Under the pieces are notes generated by a model. That model was not told the origin of the DNA. It saw only the letters and a list, made by a program, of their open reading frames with translations, and searched no databases. A program made the translations under genes and the position numbers. This document shows positions 14,001-29,000 of a stretch of DNA of 64,000 nucleotides, piece by piece (the first letter of the stretch is position 1; every line of letters starts with the position of its first letter). This DNA comes from Eledone cirrhosa (taxonomy: Eukaryota), in the NCBI GenBank assembly GCA_964016885.1, contig OZ024753.1, forward strand, positions 32,612,001 to 32,676,000, written 5' to 3'.

Positions 14001-17000
14001 CTGGTCAGTTACACTTTAGTGTGTAATCTATCTGGTCAGTTACACTTCAGTATGTAATCTATCTGGTCAGTTACACTTCAGTGTGTAATCTATCTGGTCA
14101 GTTACACTTCAGTGTGTAATCTATCTGGTCAGTTACACTTCAATGTGCAGTCTATCTGGTCAGTTACAGTTCAGTGTGTAATCCATCTGGTCAGTTACAC
14201 TTCAGTGTGTAATCTATCTGGTTAGTTACACTTTAGTGTGTAATCTATCTGGTCAGTTACACTTCAGTGTGTAATCTATCTGGTCAGTTACACTTCAGTG
14301 TGTAATCTAGCTGGTCAGTTACACTTCAGTGTGTTATCTAGCTGGTCAGTTGCACTTCAGTGTGTAATCTATATGGTCAGTTACACTTCAGTGTGTAATC
14401 TATCTGGTCAGTTACACTTTAGTGTGTTATCTATCTGGTCAGTTACACTTCAGCGTGTAATCTATCTGGTCAGTTACACTTCAGTGTACAATCTATCTGG
14501 TCAGTTACACTTCAGTGTGTAATCTATCTGGTCAGTTACACTTCAGTGTGTAATCTATCTGGTCAGTTATACTTCAGTGTGTAATCTATCTGGTCAGTTA
14601 CACTTCAGTGTGCAGTCTATCTGGTCAGTTACACTTCAGTGTGTAATATATCTGGTCAGTTACACTTCAGTGTGTAATCTATCTGGTTAGTTACACTTCA
14701 GTGTGTAATATATCTGGTCAGTTACAGTTCAGTGTGTAATCTATCGGGTCAGTTACACTTCAGTGTGCAGTCTTTCTGGTCAGTTACACTTCAGTGTGTA
14801 ATCTATCTGGTTAGTTACACTTCAGTGTGTAATATATCTGGTCAGTTACACTTCAGTGTGTAATCTATCTGGTCAGTTACACTTCAGTGTGTATTCTATA
14901 TGGTCAGTTACACTTCAGTGTGTAATCTATCTGGTCAGTTACACTTCAGTGTACAATCTATCTGGTCAGTTACACTTCAGTGTGTAATCTATCTGGTCAG
15001 TTACACTTCAGTGTGTTATCTAGCTGGTCAGTTGCACTTCAGTGTGTAATCTATATGGTCAGTTACACTTCAGTGTGTAATCTATCTGGTCAGTTACACT
15101 TTAGTGTGTTATCTATCTGGTCAGTTACACTTCAGCGTGTAATCTATCTGGTCAGTTACACTTCAGTGTACAATCTATCTGGTCAGTTACACTTCAGTGT
15201 GTAATCTATCTGGTCAGTTACACTTCAGTGTGTAATCTATCTGGTCAGTTATACTTCAGTGTGTAATCTATCTGGTCAGTTACACTTCAGTGTGCAGTCT
15301 ATCTGGTCAGTTACACTTCAGTGTGTAATATATCTGGTCAGTTACACTTCAGTGTGTAATCTATCTGGTTAGTTACACTTCAGTGTGTAATATATCTGGT
15401 CAGTTACAGTTCAGTGTGTAATCTATCGGGTCAGTTACACTTCAGTGTGCAGTCTTTCTGGTCAGTTACACTTCAGTGTGTAATCTATCTGGTTAGTTAC
15501 ACTTCAGTGTGTAATATATCTGGTCAGTTACACTTCAGTGTGTAATCTATCTGGTCAGTTACACTTCAGTGTGTATTCTATATGGTCAGTTACACTTCAG
15601 TGTGTAATCTATCTGGTCAGTTACACTTCAGTGTACAATCTATCTGGTCAGTTACACTTCAGTGTGTAATCTATCTGGTCAGTTACACTTCAGTGTGTAA
15701 TCTATCTGGTCAGTTACACTTCAGTGTGCAGTCTATCTGGTCAGATACACATACAGTGTGTAATCTATCTGGTCAGTTACAGTTCAGTGTGTAATCCATC
15801 TGGTCAGTTACACTTCAGTGTGTAATCTATCTGGTTAGTTACACTTTAGTGTGTAATCTATCTGGTCAGTTACACTTCAGTGTGTAATCTATCTGGTCAG
15901 TTACACTTCAGTGTGTAATCTAGCTGGTCAGTTACACTTCAGTGTGTTATCTAGCTGGTCAGTTGCACTTCAGTGTGTAATCTATATGGTCAGTTACACT
16001 TCAGTGTGTAATCTATCTGGTCAGTTACACTTTAGTGTGTTATCTATCTGGTCAGTTACACTTCAGCGTGTAATCTATCTGGTCAGTTACACTTCAGTGT
16101 ACAATCTATCTGGTCAGTTACACTTCAGTGTGTAATCTATCTGGTCAGTTACACTTCAGTGTGTAATCTATCTGGTCAGTTATACTTCAGTGTGTAATCT
16201 ATCTGGTCAGTTACACTTCAGTGTGCAGTCTATCTGGTCAGTTACACTTCAGTGTGTAATATATCTGGTCAGTTACACTTCAGTGTGTAATCTATCTGGT
16301 TAGTTACACTTCAGTGTGTAATATATCTGGTCAGTTACAGTTCAGTGTGTAATCTATCGGGTCAGTTACACTTCAGTGTGCAGTCTTTCTGGTCAGTTAC
16401 ACTTCAGTGTGTAATCTATCTGGTTAGTTACACTTCAGTGTGTAATATATCTGGTCAGTTACACTTCAGTGTGTAATCTATCTGGTCAGTTACACTTCAG
16501 TGTGTATTCTATATGGTCAGTTACACTTCAGTGTGTAATCTATCTGGTCAGTTACACTTCAGTGTACAATCTATCTGGTCAGTTACACTTCAGTGTGTAA
16601 TCTATCTGGTCAGTTACACTTCAGTGTGTTATCTAGCTGGTCAGTTGCACTTCAGTGTGTAATCTATATGGTCAGTTACACTTCAGTGTGTAATCTATCT
16701 GGTCAGTTACACTTTAGTGTGTTATCTATCTGGTCAGTTACACTTCAGCGTGTAATCTATCTGGTCAGTTACACTTCAGTGTACAATCTATCTGGTCAGT
16801 TACACTTCAGTGTGTAATCTATCTGGTCAGTTACACTTCAGTGTGTAATCTATCTGGTCAGTTATACTTCAGTGTGTAATCTATCTGGTCAGTTACACTT
16901 CAGTGTGCAGTCTATCTGGTCAGTTACACTTCAGTGTGTAATATATCTGGTCAGTTACACTTCAGTGTGTAATCTATCTGGTTAGTTACACTTCAGTGTG

Positions 17001-20000
17001 TAATATATCTGGTCAGTTACAGTTCAGTGTGTAATCTATCGGGTCAGTTACACTTCAGTGTGCAGTCTTTCTGGTCAGTTACACTTCAGTGTGTAATCTA
17101 TCTGGTTAGTTACACTTCAGTGTGTAATATATCTGGTCAGTTACACTTCAGTGTGTAATCTATCTGGTCAGTTACACTTCAGTGTGTATTCTATATGGTC
17201 AGTTACACTTCAGTGTGTAATCTATCTGGTCAGTTACACTTCAGTGTACAATCTATCTGGTCAGTTACACTTCAGTGTGTAATCTATCTGGTCAGTTACA
17301 CTTCAGTGTGTAATCTATCTGGTCAGTTACACTTCAGTGTGCAGTCTATCTGGTCAGATACACATACAGTGTGTAATCTATCTGGTTAGTTACACTTCAG
17401 TGTGTAATATATCTGGTCAGTTACACTTCAGTGTGTAATCTATCTGGTCAGTTACACTTCAGTGTGTAATCTATCTGGTCAGTTACTCTTCAGTGTGCAG
17501 TCTCTCTGGTCAGTTACAGTTCAGTGTGTAATCTATCTGGTCAGTTACACTTTAGTGTGTAATCTATCTGGTCAGTTACACTTCAGTGTGTAATCTATCT
17601 GGTCAGTTACACTTTAGTGTGTAATCTATCTGGTCAGTTACACTTCAGTGTGCAGTCTATCTGGTCAGTTACACTTCAGTGTGTAATCTATCTGGTCAGT
17701 TACACTTCAGTGTGCAGTCTCTCTGGTCAGTTACACTTCAGTGTGTAATCTATCTGGTCAGTTACACTTCAGTGTGTAATCTATCTCGTCAGTTCCACTT
17801 CAGTGTGTAATCTATCTGGTCAGTTACACTTCAGTGTGTAATCTATCCTGTCCTGTTACACTTCAGTGTGTAATCTATCTGGTCAGTTACACTTCATTGT
17901 TTAATCTATCTGGTCAGTTACACTTTAGTGTGTAATCTATCTGGTCAGTTACACTTCAGTATGTAATCTATCTGGTCAGTTACACTTCAGTGTGTAATCT
18001 ATCTGGTCAGTTACACTTCAGTGTGTAATCTATCTGGTCAGTTACACTTCAATGTGCAGTCTATCTGGTCAGTTACAGTTCAGTGTGTAATCCATCTGGT
18101 CAGTTACACTTCAGTGTGTAATCTATCTGGTTAGTTACACTTTAGTGTGTAATCTATCTGGTCAGTTACACTTCAGTGTGTAATCTATCTGGTCAGTTAC
18201 ACTTCAGTGTGTAATCTAGCTGGTCAGTTACACTTCAGTGTGTTATCTAGCTGGTCAGTTGCACTTCAGTGTGTAATCTATATGGTCAGTTACACTTCAG
18301 TGTGTAATCTATCTGGTCAGTTACACTTTAGTGTGTTATCTATCTGGTCAGTTACACTTCAGCGTGTAATCTATCTGGTCAGTTACACTTCAGTGTACAA
18401 TCTATCTGGTCAGTTACACTTCAGTGTGTAATCTATCTGGTCAGTTACACTTCAGTGTGTAATCTATCTGGTCAGTTATACTTCAGTGTGTAATCTATCT
18501 GGTCAGTTACACTTCAGTGTGCAGTCTATCTGGTCAGTTACACTTCAGTGTGTAATATATCTGGTCAGTTACACTTCAGTGTGTAATCTATCTGGTTAGT
18601 TACACTTCAGTGTGTAATATATCTGGTCAGTTACAGTTCAGTGTGTAATCTATCGGGTCAGTTACACTTCAGTGTGCAGTCTTTCTGGTCAGTTACACTT
18701 CAGTGTGTAATCTATCTGGTTAGTTACACTTCAGTGTGTAATATATCTGGTCAGTTACACTTCAGTGTGTAATCTATCTGGTCAGTTACACTTCAGTGTG
18801 TATTCTATATGGTCAGTTACACTTCAGTGTGTAATCTATCTGGTCAGTTACACTTCAGTGTACAATCTATCTGGTCAGTTACACTTCAGTGTGTAATCTA
18901 TCTGGTCAGTTACACTTCAGTGTGTTATCTAGCTGGTCAGTTGCACTTCAGTGTGTAATCTATATGGTCAGTTACACTTCAGTGTGTAATCTATCTGGTC
19001 AGTTACACTTTAGTGTGTTATCTATCTGGTCAGTTACACTTCAGCGTGTAATCTATCTGGTCAGTTACACTTCAGTGTACAATCTATCTGGTCAGTTACA
19101 CTTCAGTGTGTAATCTATCTGGTCAGTTACACTTCAGTGTGTAATCTATCTGGTCAGTTATACTTCAGTGTGTAATCTATCTGGTCAGTTACACTTCAGT
19201 GTGCAGTCTATCTGGTCAGTTACACTTCAGTGTGTAATATATCTGGTCAGTTACACTTCAGTGTGTAATCTATCTGGTTAGTTACACTTCAGTGTGTAAT
19301 ATATCTGGTCAGTTACAGTTCAGTGTGTAATCTATCGGGTCAGTTACACTTCAGTGTGCAGTCTTTCTGGTCAGTTACACTTCAGTGTGTAATCTATCTG
19401 GTTAGTTACACTTCAGTGTGTAATATATCTGGTCAGTTACACTTCAGTGTGTAATCTATCTGGTCAGTTACACTTCAGTGTGTATTCTATATGGTCAGTT
19501 ACACTTCAGTGTGTAATCTATCTGGTCAGTTACACTTCAGTGTACAATCTATCTGGTCAGTTACACTTCAGTGTGTAATCTATCTGGTCAGTTACACTTC
19601 AGTGTGTAATCTATCTGGTCAGTTACACTTCAGTGTGCAGTCTATCTGGTCAGATACACATACAGTGTGTAATCTATCTGGTTAGTTACACTTCAGTGTG
19701 TAATATATCTGGTCAGTTACACTTCAGTGTGTAATCTATCTGGTCAGTTACACTTTAGTGTGTAATCTATCTGGTCAGTTACACTTCAGTGTGTAATCTA
19801 TCTGGTCAGTTACACTTCAGTGTGTAATCTATCTGGTCAGTTACACTTTAGTGTGTAATCTATCTGGTCAGTTACACTTCAGTGTGCAGTCTATCTGGTC
19901 AGTTACACTTCAGTGTGTGATCTATCGGGTCAGTTACACTTTAGTGTGCAGTCTCTCTGGTCAGTTACAGTTCAGTGTGTAATCTATCTGGTCAGTTACA

Positions 20001-23000
20001 CTTTAGTGTGTAATCTATCTGGTCAGTTACACTTCAGTGTGTAATCTATCTGTACAGTTACACTTCAGTGTGTAATCTATCGGGTCAGTTACACTTCAGT
20101 GTGCAGTCTCTCTGGTCAGTTACACTTCAGTGTGTAATCTATCTGGTCAGTTACACTTCAGTGTGTAATCTATCTGGTCAGTTACACTTCAGTGTGTAAT
20201 CTATCTGGTCAGTTACACTTTAGTGTGTAATCTATCTGGTCAGTTACCCTTCAGTGTGTAATCTATCTGGACAGTTACACTTCAGTGTGTAATCTATCTG
20301 GTCAGTTATACTTTAGTGCGTAATATATCTGGCCAGTTACACGACAGTGTGTAATCTATCTGGTCAGTTACACTTCAGTGTGTAATCTATCTGGTCAGTT
20401 ACACTTCAGTGTGCAGTCTGTCTGGTCAGTTACACTTTAGTGTGTAATCTATCTGGTCAGTCACACTTCAGTGTGTAATCTATCTGGTCAGTTACACTTC
20501 AGTGTGTAATCTATCTGGTCAGCTACACTTCAGTGTGCAGTCTATCTGGTCAGTTACACTTTAGTGTGTAATCTATCTGGTCAGTTACACTTCAGTGTGT
20601 AATCTATCTGGTCAGTTACACTTTAGTGTGTAATCTATCTGGTCAGTTACACTTCAGTGTGTAATCTATCTGGTCAGTTACACGTCAGTGTGTAATCTAT
20701 CTGGTCAGTTACAGTTCAGTGTGTAATCTATCTGGTCAGTTACACTTCAGTGTGTAATCTATCTGGTCAGTTACACTTTAGTGTGTAATCTATCTAGTCA
20801 GTTACACTTCAGTGTGTAATCTATCTGGTCAGTTACACTTCAGTGTGTAATCTATATGGTCAGTTACACTTCAGTGTGCAGTCTATCTGGTCAGTTACAC
20901 TTCAGTGTGTAATCTATCTGGTCAGTTACTCTTCAGTGTGCAGTCTCTCTGGTCAGTTACAGTTCAGTGTGTAATCTATCTGGTCAGTTACACTTTAGTG
21001 TGTAATCTATCTGGTCAGTTACACTTCAGTGTGTAATCTATCTGGTCAGTTACACTTTAGTGTGTAATCTATCTGGTCAGTTACACTTCAGTGTGCAGTC
21101 TATCTGGTCAGTTACACTTCAGTGTGTAATCTATCTGGTCAGTTACACTTCAGTGTGCAGTCTCTATGGTCAGTTACACTTCAGTGTGTAATCTATCTGG
21201 TCAGTTACACTTCAGTGTGTAATCTATCTGGTCAGTTACACTTCAGTGTGTAATCTATCTGGTCAGTTACACTTCAGTGTGCAGTATATCTGGTCAGTTA
21301 CAGTTCAGTGTGTAATCTATCTGGTCAGTTACACTTCAGTGTGTAATCTATCTGGTCAGTTACACTTCAGTGTGCAGTCTATCTGGTCAGTTACACTTCA
21401 GTGTGTAATCTATCTGGTCAGTTACACTTCAGTGTGCAGTCTCTCTGGTCAGTTACACTTTAGTGTGTAATCTATCTGGTCAGTTACACTTCAGTGTGTA
21501 ATCTATCTGGTCAGTTACACTTCAGTGTGTAATCTATCTGGTCAGTTTCACTTTAGTGTGTAATCTATCTGGTCAGTTACACTTCAGTGTGCAGTCTATC
21601 TGGTCAGTTACACTTCAGTGTGTGATCTATCGGGTCAGTTACACTTTAGTGTGCAGTCTCTCTGGTCAGTTACAGTTCAGTGTGTAATCTATCTGGTCAG
21701 TTACACTTTAGTGTGTAATCTATCTGGTCAGTTACACTTCAGTGTGTAATCTATCTGTACAGTTACACTTCAGTGTGTAATCTATCTGGTCAGTTACACT
21801 TTAGTGTGTAATCTATCTGGTCAGTTACACTTCAGTGTGCAGTCTATCTGGTCAGTTACACTTCAGTGTGTGATCTATCGGGTCAGTTACACTTCAGTGT
21901 GCAGTCTCTCTGGTCAGTTACACTTCAGTGTGTAATCTATCTGGTCAGTTACACTTCAGTGTGTAATCTATCTGGTCAGTTACACTTCAGTGTGTAATCT
22001 ATCTGGTCAGTTACACTTTAGTGTGTAATCTATCTGGTCAGTTACCCTTCAGTGTGTAATCTATCTGGACAGTTACACTTCAGTGTGTAATCTATCTGGT
22101 CAGTTATACTTTAGTGCGTAATATATCTGGCCAGTTACACGACAGTGTGTAATCTATCTGGTCAGTTACACTTCAGTGTGTAATCTATCTGGTCAGTTAC
22201 ACTTCAGTGTGCAGTCTGTCTGGTCAGTTACACTTTAGTGTGTAATCTATCTGGTCAGTTACACTTCAGTGTGTAATCTATCTGGTCAGTTACACTTCAG
22301 TGTGTAATCTATCTGGTCAGTTACACTTCAGTGTGCAGTCTATCTGGTCAGTTACACTTTAGTGTGTAATCTATCTGGTCAGTTACACTTCAGTGTGTAA
22401 TCTATCTGGTCAGTTACACTTTAGTGTGTAATCTATCTGGTCAGTTACACTTCAGTGTGTAATCTATCTGGTCAGTTACACGTCAGTGTGTAATCTATCT
22501 GGTCAGTTACAGTTCAGTGTGTAATCTATCTGGTCAGTTACACTTCAGTGTGCAGTCTCTTTGGTCAGTTACACTTCAGTGTGTAATCTATCTGGTCAGT
22601 TACACTTCAGTGTGTAATCTATCTGGTCAGTTACACTTCAGTGTGTAATCTATCTGGTCAGTTACACTTCAGTGTGCAGTATATCTGGTCAGTTACAGTT
22701 CAGTGTGTAATCTATCTGGTCAGTTACACTTCAGTGTGTAATCTATCTCGTCAGTTCCACTTCAGTGTGTAATCTATCTGGTCAGTTACACTTCAGTGTG
22801 TAATCTATCCTGTCCTGTTACACTTCAGTGTGTAATCTATCTGGTCAGTTACACTTCATTGTTTAATCTATCTGGTCAGTTACACTTTAGTGTGTAATCT
22901 ATCTGGTCAGTTACACTTCAGTATGTAATCTATCTGGTCAGTTACACTTCAGTGTGTAATCTATCTGGTCAGTTACACTTCAGTGTGTAATCTATCTGGT

Positions 23001-26000
23001 CAGTTACACTTCAATGTGCAGTCTATCTGGTCAGTTACAGTTCAGTGTGTAATCCATCTGGTCAGTTACACTTCAGTGTGTAATCTATCTGGTTAGTTAC
23101 ACTTTAGTGTGTAATCTATCTGGTCAGTTACACTTCAGTGTGTAATCTATCTGTTCAGTTACACTTCAGTGTGTAATCTATCTGGTCAGTTACACTTCAG
23201 TGTGCAGTCTATCTGGTCAGTTACACTTCAGTGTGTAATCTAGCTGGTCAGTTACACTTCAGTGTGTTATCTAGCTGGTCAGTTGCACTTCAGTGTGTAA
23301 TCTATATGGTCAGTTACACTTTAGTGTGTTATCTATCTGGTCAGTTACACTTCAGCGTGTAATCTATCTGGTCAGTTACACTTCAGTGTACAATCTATCT
23401 GGTCAGTTACACTTCAGTGTGTAATCTATCTGGTCAGTTACACTTCAGTGTGTAATATATCTGGTCAGTTACACTTCAGTGTGTAATCTATCTGGTTAGT
23501 TACACGTCAGTGTGTAATATATCTGGTCAGTTACAGTTCAGTGTGTAATCTATCGGGTCAGTTACACTTCAGTGTGCAGTCTTTCTGGTCAGTTACACTT
23601 CAGTGTGTAATCTATCTGGTTAGTTACACTTCAGTGTGTAATATATCTGGTCAGTTACACTTCAGTGTGTAATCTATCTGGTCAGTTACACTTCAGTGTG
23701 TATTCTATATGGTCAGTTACACTTCAGTGTGTAATCTATCTGGTCAGTTACACTTCAGTGTACAATCTATCTGGTCAGTTACACTTCAGTGTGTAATCTA
23801 TCTGGTCAGTTACACTTCAGTGTGTAATCTATCTGGTCAGTTACACTTCAGTGTGCAGTCTATCTGGTCAGTTACACATACAGTGTGTAATCTATCTGGT
23901 TAGTTACACTTCAGTGTGTAATATATCTGGTCAGTTACACTTCAGTGTGTAATCTATCTGGTCAGTTACACTTTAGTGTGTAATCTATCTGGTCAGTTAC
24001 ACTTCAGTGTGTAATCTATCTGGTCAGTTATACTTCAGTGTGTAATCTATCTGGTCAGTTACACTTTAGTGTGCAGTCTATCTGGTCAGTTACACTTTAT
24101 TGTGTAATCTATCTGGTCAGTTACACTTCAGTGTGTAATCTATCTGGTCAGCTACACTTCAGTGTGTAATATATCTGGTCAGTTACACTTCAGTGTGCAG
24201 TCTATCTGGTCAGTTACACTTTAGTGTGCAATTTATCTGGTCAGTTACACTTCAGTGTGTAATCTATCTGGTCAGTTACACTTTAGTGTGTAATCTATCT
24301 GGTCAGTTACACTTCAGTGTGTAATCTATCTGGTCAGTTACACTTCAGTGTGTAATCTATCTGGTCAGTTACACTTTAGTGTGTAATCTATCTGGTCAGT
24401 TACACGTCATCGTGTAATCTATCTGGTCAGTTACACTTCAGTGTGTAATCTATCTGGTCAGTTACACTTCAGTGTGCAGTCTATCTGGTCAGTTACACTT
24501 CAGTGTGTAATCTATCTGGTCAGTTACACTTCAGTGTGTAATCTATCTGGTCAGTTACACTTCAGTGTGTAATCTATCTGGTCAGTTACAGTTCAGCGTG
24601 TAATCTATCTGGTCAGTTACACTTCAGTGTGTAATCTATCTGGTCAGTTACACTTCAGTGTGTAATCTATCTGGTCAGTTACACTACAGTGTGTAATCTA
24701 TCTAGTCAGTTACACTTTAGTGTGTAATCTATCTGGTCAGTTACACTTCAGTGTGCAGTCCATCTGGTCAGTTACAGTTCAGTGTGTAATCTATCTGGTC
24801 AGTTACACTTCAGTGTGTAATCTATCTGGTTAGTTACACTTCAGTGTGTAATCTATCTGGTCAGTTACACTTCAGTGTGTAATTTATCTGGAGAGTTACA
24901 CTTCAGTGTGTAATCTATCTGGTCAGTTACACTTCAGTGTGTAATCTATCTGGTCAGTTACACTTCAGTGTGTAATCTATCTGGTCAGTTACACTTCAGT
25001 GTGCAGTCTATCTGGTCAGTTACACTTCAGTGTGTAATATATCTGGTCAGTTACACTTCAGTGTGCAGTCTATCTGGTCAGTTACAGTTCAGTGTGTAAT
25101 CTATCTGGTCAGTTACACTTCAGTGTGTAATCTATCTGGTCAGTTATACTTCAGTGTGTAATCTATCTGGTCAGTTACACTTCATTGTGTAATCTATCTG
25201 GTCAGTTACACTTCAGTGTGTAATCTATCTGGTCAGTTACACTTCAGTGTGCAGTCTATCTGGTCAGTTACACTTCAGTGTGCAATCTATCTAGTCAGTT
25301 ACACTTCAATGTGCAGTCTATCTGGTCAGTTACAGTTCAGTGTGTAATCTATCTGGTCAGTTACAATTCAGTGTGTAATCTATCTGGTCAGTTACACTTC
25401 AGTGTGTAATCTATCTGGTCAGTTACACTTCAATGTGCAGTCTATCTGGTCAGTTACACTTCAGTGTGTAATCTATCTGGTCAGTTACACTTCAGTGTGT
25501 AATCTATCTGGTCTGTTACACTTCAGTGTGTAATCTCTCTGGTCAGTTACACTTTAGTGTGTAATCTATCTGGTCAGTTACACTTCAGTATGTAATCTAT
25601 CTGGTCAGATACACTTCAGTGTGTAATCTATCTGGTCAGTTACACTTCAATGTGCAGTCTATCTGGTCAGTTACAGTTCAGTGTGTAATCCATCTGGTCA
25701 GTTACATTTCAGTGTGTAATCTATCTGGTTAGTTACACTTTAGTGTGTAATCTATCTGGTCAGTTACACTTCAGTGTGTAATCTATCTGGTCAGTTACAC
25801 TTCAGTGTGCAGTCTGTCTGGTCAGTTACACTTTAGTGTGTAATCTATCTGGTCAGTTACACTTCAGTGTGTAATCTATCTGGTCAGTTACACTTCAGTG
25901 TGTAATCTATCTGGTCAGTTACACTTCAGTGTGCAGTCTATCTGGTCAGTTACACTTTAGTGTGTAATCTATCTGGTCAGTTACCCTTCAGTGTGTAATC

Positions 26001-29000
26001 TATCTGGACAGTTACACTTCAGTGTGTAATCTATCTGGTCAGTTATACTTTAGTGCGTAATATATCTGGCCAGTTACACGACAGTGTGTAATCTATCTGG
26101 TCAGTTACACTTCAGTGTGTAATCTATCTGGTCAGTTACACTTCAGTGTGCAGTCTGTCTGGTCAGTTACACTTTAGTGTGTAATCTATCTGGTCAGTTA
26201 CACTTCAGTGTGTAATCTATCTGGTCAGTTACACTTCAGTGTGTAATCTATCTGGTCAGTTACACTTCAGTGTGCAGTCTATCTGGTCAGTTACACTTTA
26301 GTGTGTAATCTATCTGGTCAGTTACACTTCAGTGTGTAATCTATCTGGTCAGTTACACTTTAGTGTGTAATCTATCTGGTCAGTTACACTTCAGTGTGTA
26401 ATCTATCTGGTCAGTTACACGTCAGTGTGTAATCTATCTGGTCAGTTACAGTTCAGTGTGTAATCTATCTGGTCAGTTACACTTCAGTGTGCAGTCTCTC
26501 TGGTCAGTTACACTTCAGTGTGTAATCTATCTGGTCAGTTACACTTCAGTGTGTAATCTATCTGGTCAGTTACACTTCAGTGTGTAATCTATCTGGTCAG
26601 TTACACTTCAGTGTGCAGTTTATCTGGTCAGTTACAGTTCAGTGTGTAATCTATCTGGTCAGTTACACTTCAGTGTGTAATCTATCTCGTCAGTTCCACT
26701 TCAGTGTGTAATCTATCTGGTCAGTTACACTTCAGTGTGTATTCTATCCTGTCCTGTTACACTTCAGTGTGTAATCTATCTGGTCAGTTACACTTCATTG
26801 TTTAATCTATCTGGTCAGTTACACTTTAGTGTGTAATCTATCTGGTCAGTTACACTTCAGTATGTAATCTATCTGGTCAGTTACACTTCAGTGTGTAATC
26901 TATCTGGTCAGTTACACTTCAGTGTGTAATCTATCTGGTCAGTTACACTTCAATGTGCAGTCTATCTGGTCAGTTACAGTTCAGTGTGTAATCCATCTGG
27001 TCAGTTACACTTCAGTGTGTAATCTATCTGGTTAGTTACACTTTAGTGTGTAATCTATCTGGTCAGTTACACTTCAGTGTGTAATCTATCTGGTCAGTTA
27101 CACTTCAGTGTGTAATCTATCTGGTCAGTTACACTTCAGTGTGCAGTCTATCTGGTCAGTTACACTTCAGTGTGTAATCTAGCTGGTCAGTTACACTTCA
27201 GTGTGTTATCTAGCTGGTCAGTTGCACTTCAGTGTGTAATCTATATGGTCAGTTACACTTTAGTGTGTTATCTATCTGGTCAGTTACACTTCAGCGTGTA
27301 ATCTATCTGGTCAGTTACACTTCAGTGTACAATCTATCTGGTCAGTTACACTTCAGTGTGTAATCTATCTGGTCAGTTACACTTCAGTGTGTAATCTATC
27401 TGGTCAGTTATACTTCAGTGTGTAATCTATCTGGTCAGTTACACTTCAGTGTGCAGTCTATCTGGTCAGTTACACTTCAGTGTGTAATATATCTGGTCAG
27501 TTACACTTCAGTGTGTAATCTATCTGGTTAGTTACACTTCAGTGTGTAATATATCTGGTCAGTTACAGTTCAGTGTGTAATCTATCGGGTCAGTTACACT
27601 TCAGTGTGCAGTCTTTCTGGTCAGTTACACTTCAGTGTGTAATCTATCTGGTTAGTTACACTTCAGTGTGTAATATATCTGGTCAGTTACACTTCAGTGT
27701 GTAATCTATCTGGTCAGTTACACTTCAGTGTGTATTCTATATGGTCAGTTACACTTCAGTGTGTAATCTATCTGGTCAGTTACACTTCAGTGTACAATCT
27801 ATCTGGTCAGTTACACTTCAGTGTGTAATCTATCTGGTCAGTTACACTTCAGTGTGTAATCTATCTGGTCAGTTACACTTCAGTGTGCAGTCTATCTGGT
27901 CAGTTACACATACAGTGTGTAATCTATCTGGTTAGTTACACTTCAGTGTGTAATATATCTGGTCAGTTACACTTCAGTGTGTAATCTATCTGGTCAGTTA
28001 CACTTTAGTGTGTAATCTATCTGGTCAGTTACACTTCAGTGTGTAATCTATCTGGTCAGTTATACTTCAGTGTGTAATCTATCTGGTCAGTTACACTTTA
28101 GTGTGCAGTCTATCTGGTCAGTTACACATTATTGTGTAATCTATCTGGTCAGTTACACTTCAGTGTGTAATCTATCTGGTCAGCTACACTTCAGTGTGTA
28201 ATATATCTGGTCAGTTACACTTCAGTGTGCAGTCTATCTGGTCAGTTACACTTTAGTGTGCAATTTATCTGGTCAGTTACACTTCAGTGTGTAATCTATC
28301 TGGTCAGTTACACTTTAGTGTGTAATCTATCTGGTCAGTTACACTTCAGTGTGTAATCTATCTGGTCAGTTACACTTCAGTGTGTAATCTATCTGGTCAG
28401 TTACACTTTAGTGTGTAATCTATCTGGTCAGTTACACGTCAGTGTGTAATCTATCTGGTCAGTTACACTTCAGTGTGTAATCTCTCTGGTCAGTTACACT
28501 TCAGTGTGCAGTCTATCTGGTCAGTTACACTTCAGTGTGTAATCTATCTGGTCAGTTACACTTCAGTGTGTAATCTATCTGGTCAGTTACACTTCAGTGT
28601 GTAATCTATCTGGTCAGTTACAGTTCAGCGTGTAATCTATCTGGTCAGTTACACTTCAGTGTGTAATCTATCTGGTCAGTTACACTTCAGTGTGTAATCT
28701 ATCTGGTCAGTTACACTATAGTGTGTAATCTATCTAGTCAGTTACACTTTAGTGTGTAATCTATCTGGTCAGTTACACTTCAGTGTGCAGTCCATCTGGT
28801 CAGTTACAGTTCAGTGTGTAATCTATCTGGTCAGTTACACTTCAGTGTGTAATCTATCTGGTTAGTTACACTTCAGTGTGTAATCTATCTGGTCAGTTAC
28901 ACTTCAGTGTGTAATTTATCTGGTCAGTTACACTTCAGTGTGTAATCTATCTGGTCAGTTACACTTCAGTGTGTAATCTATCTGGTCAGTTACACTTCAG

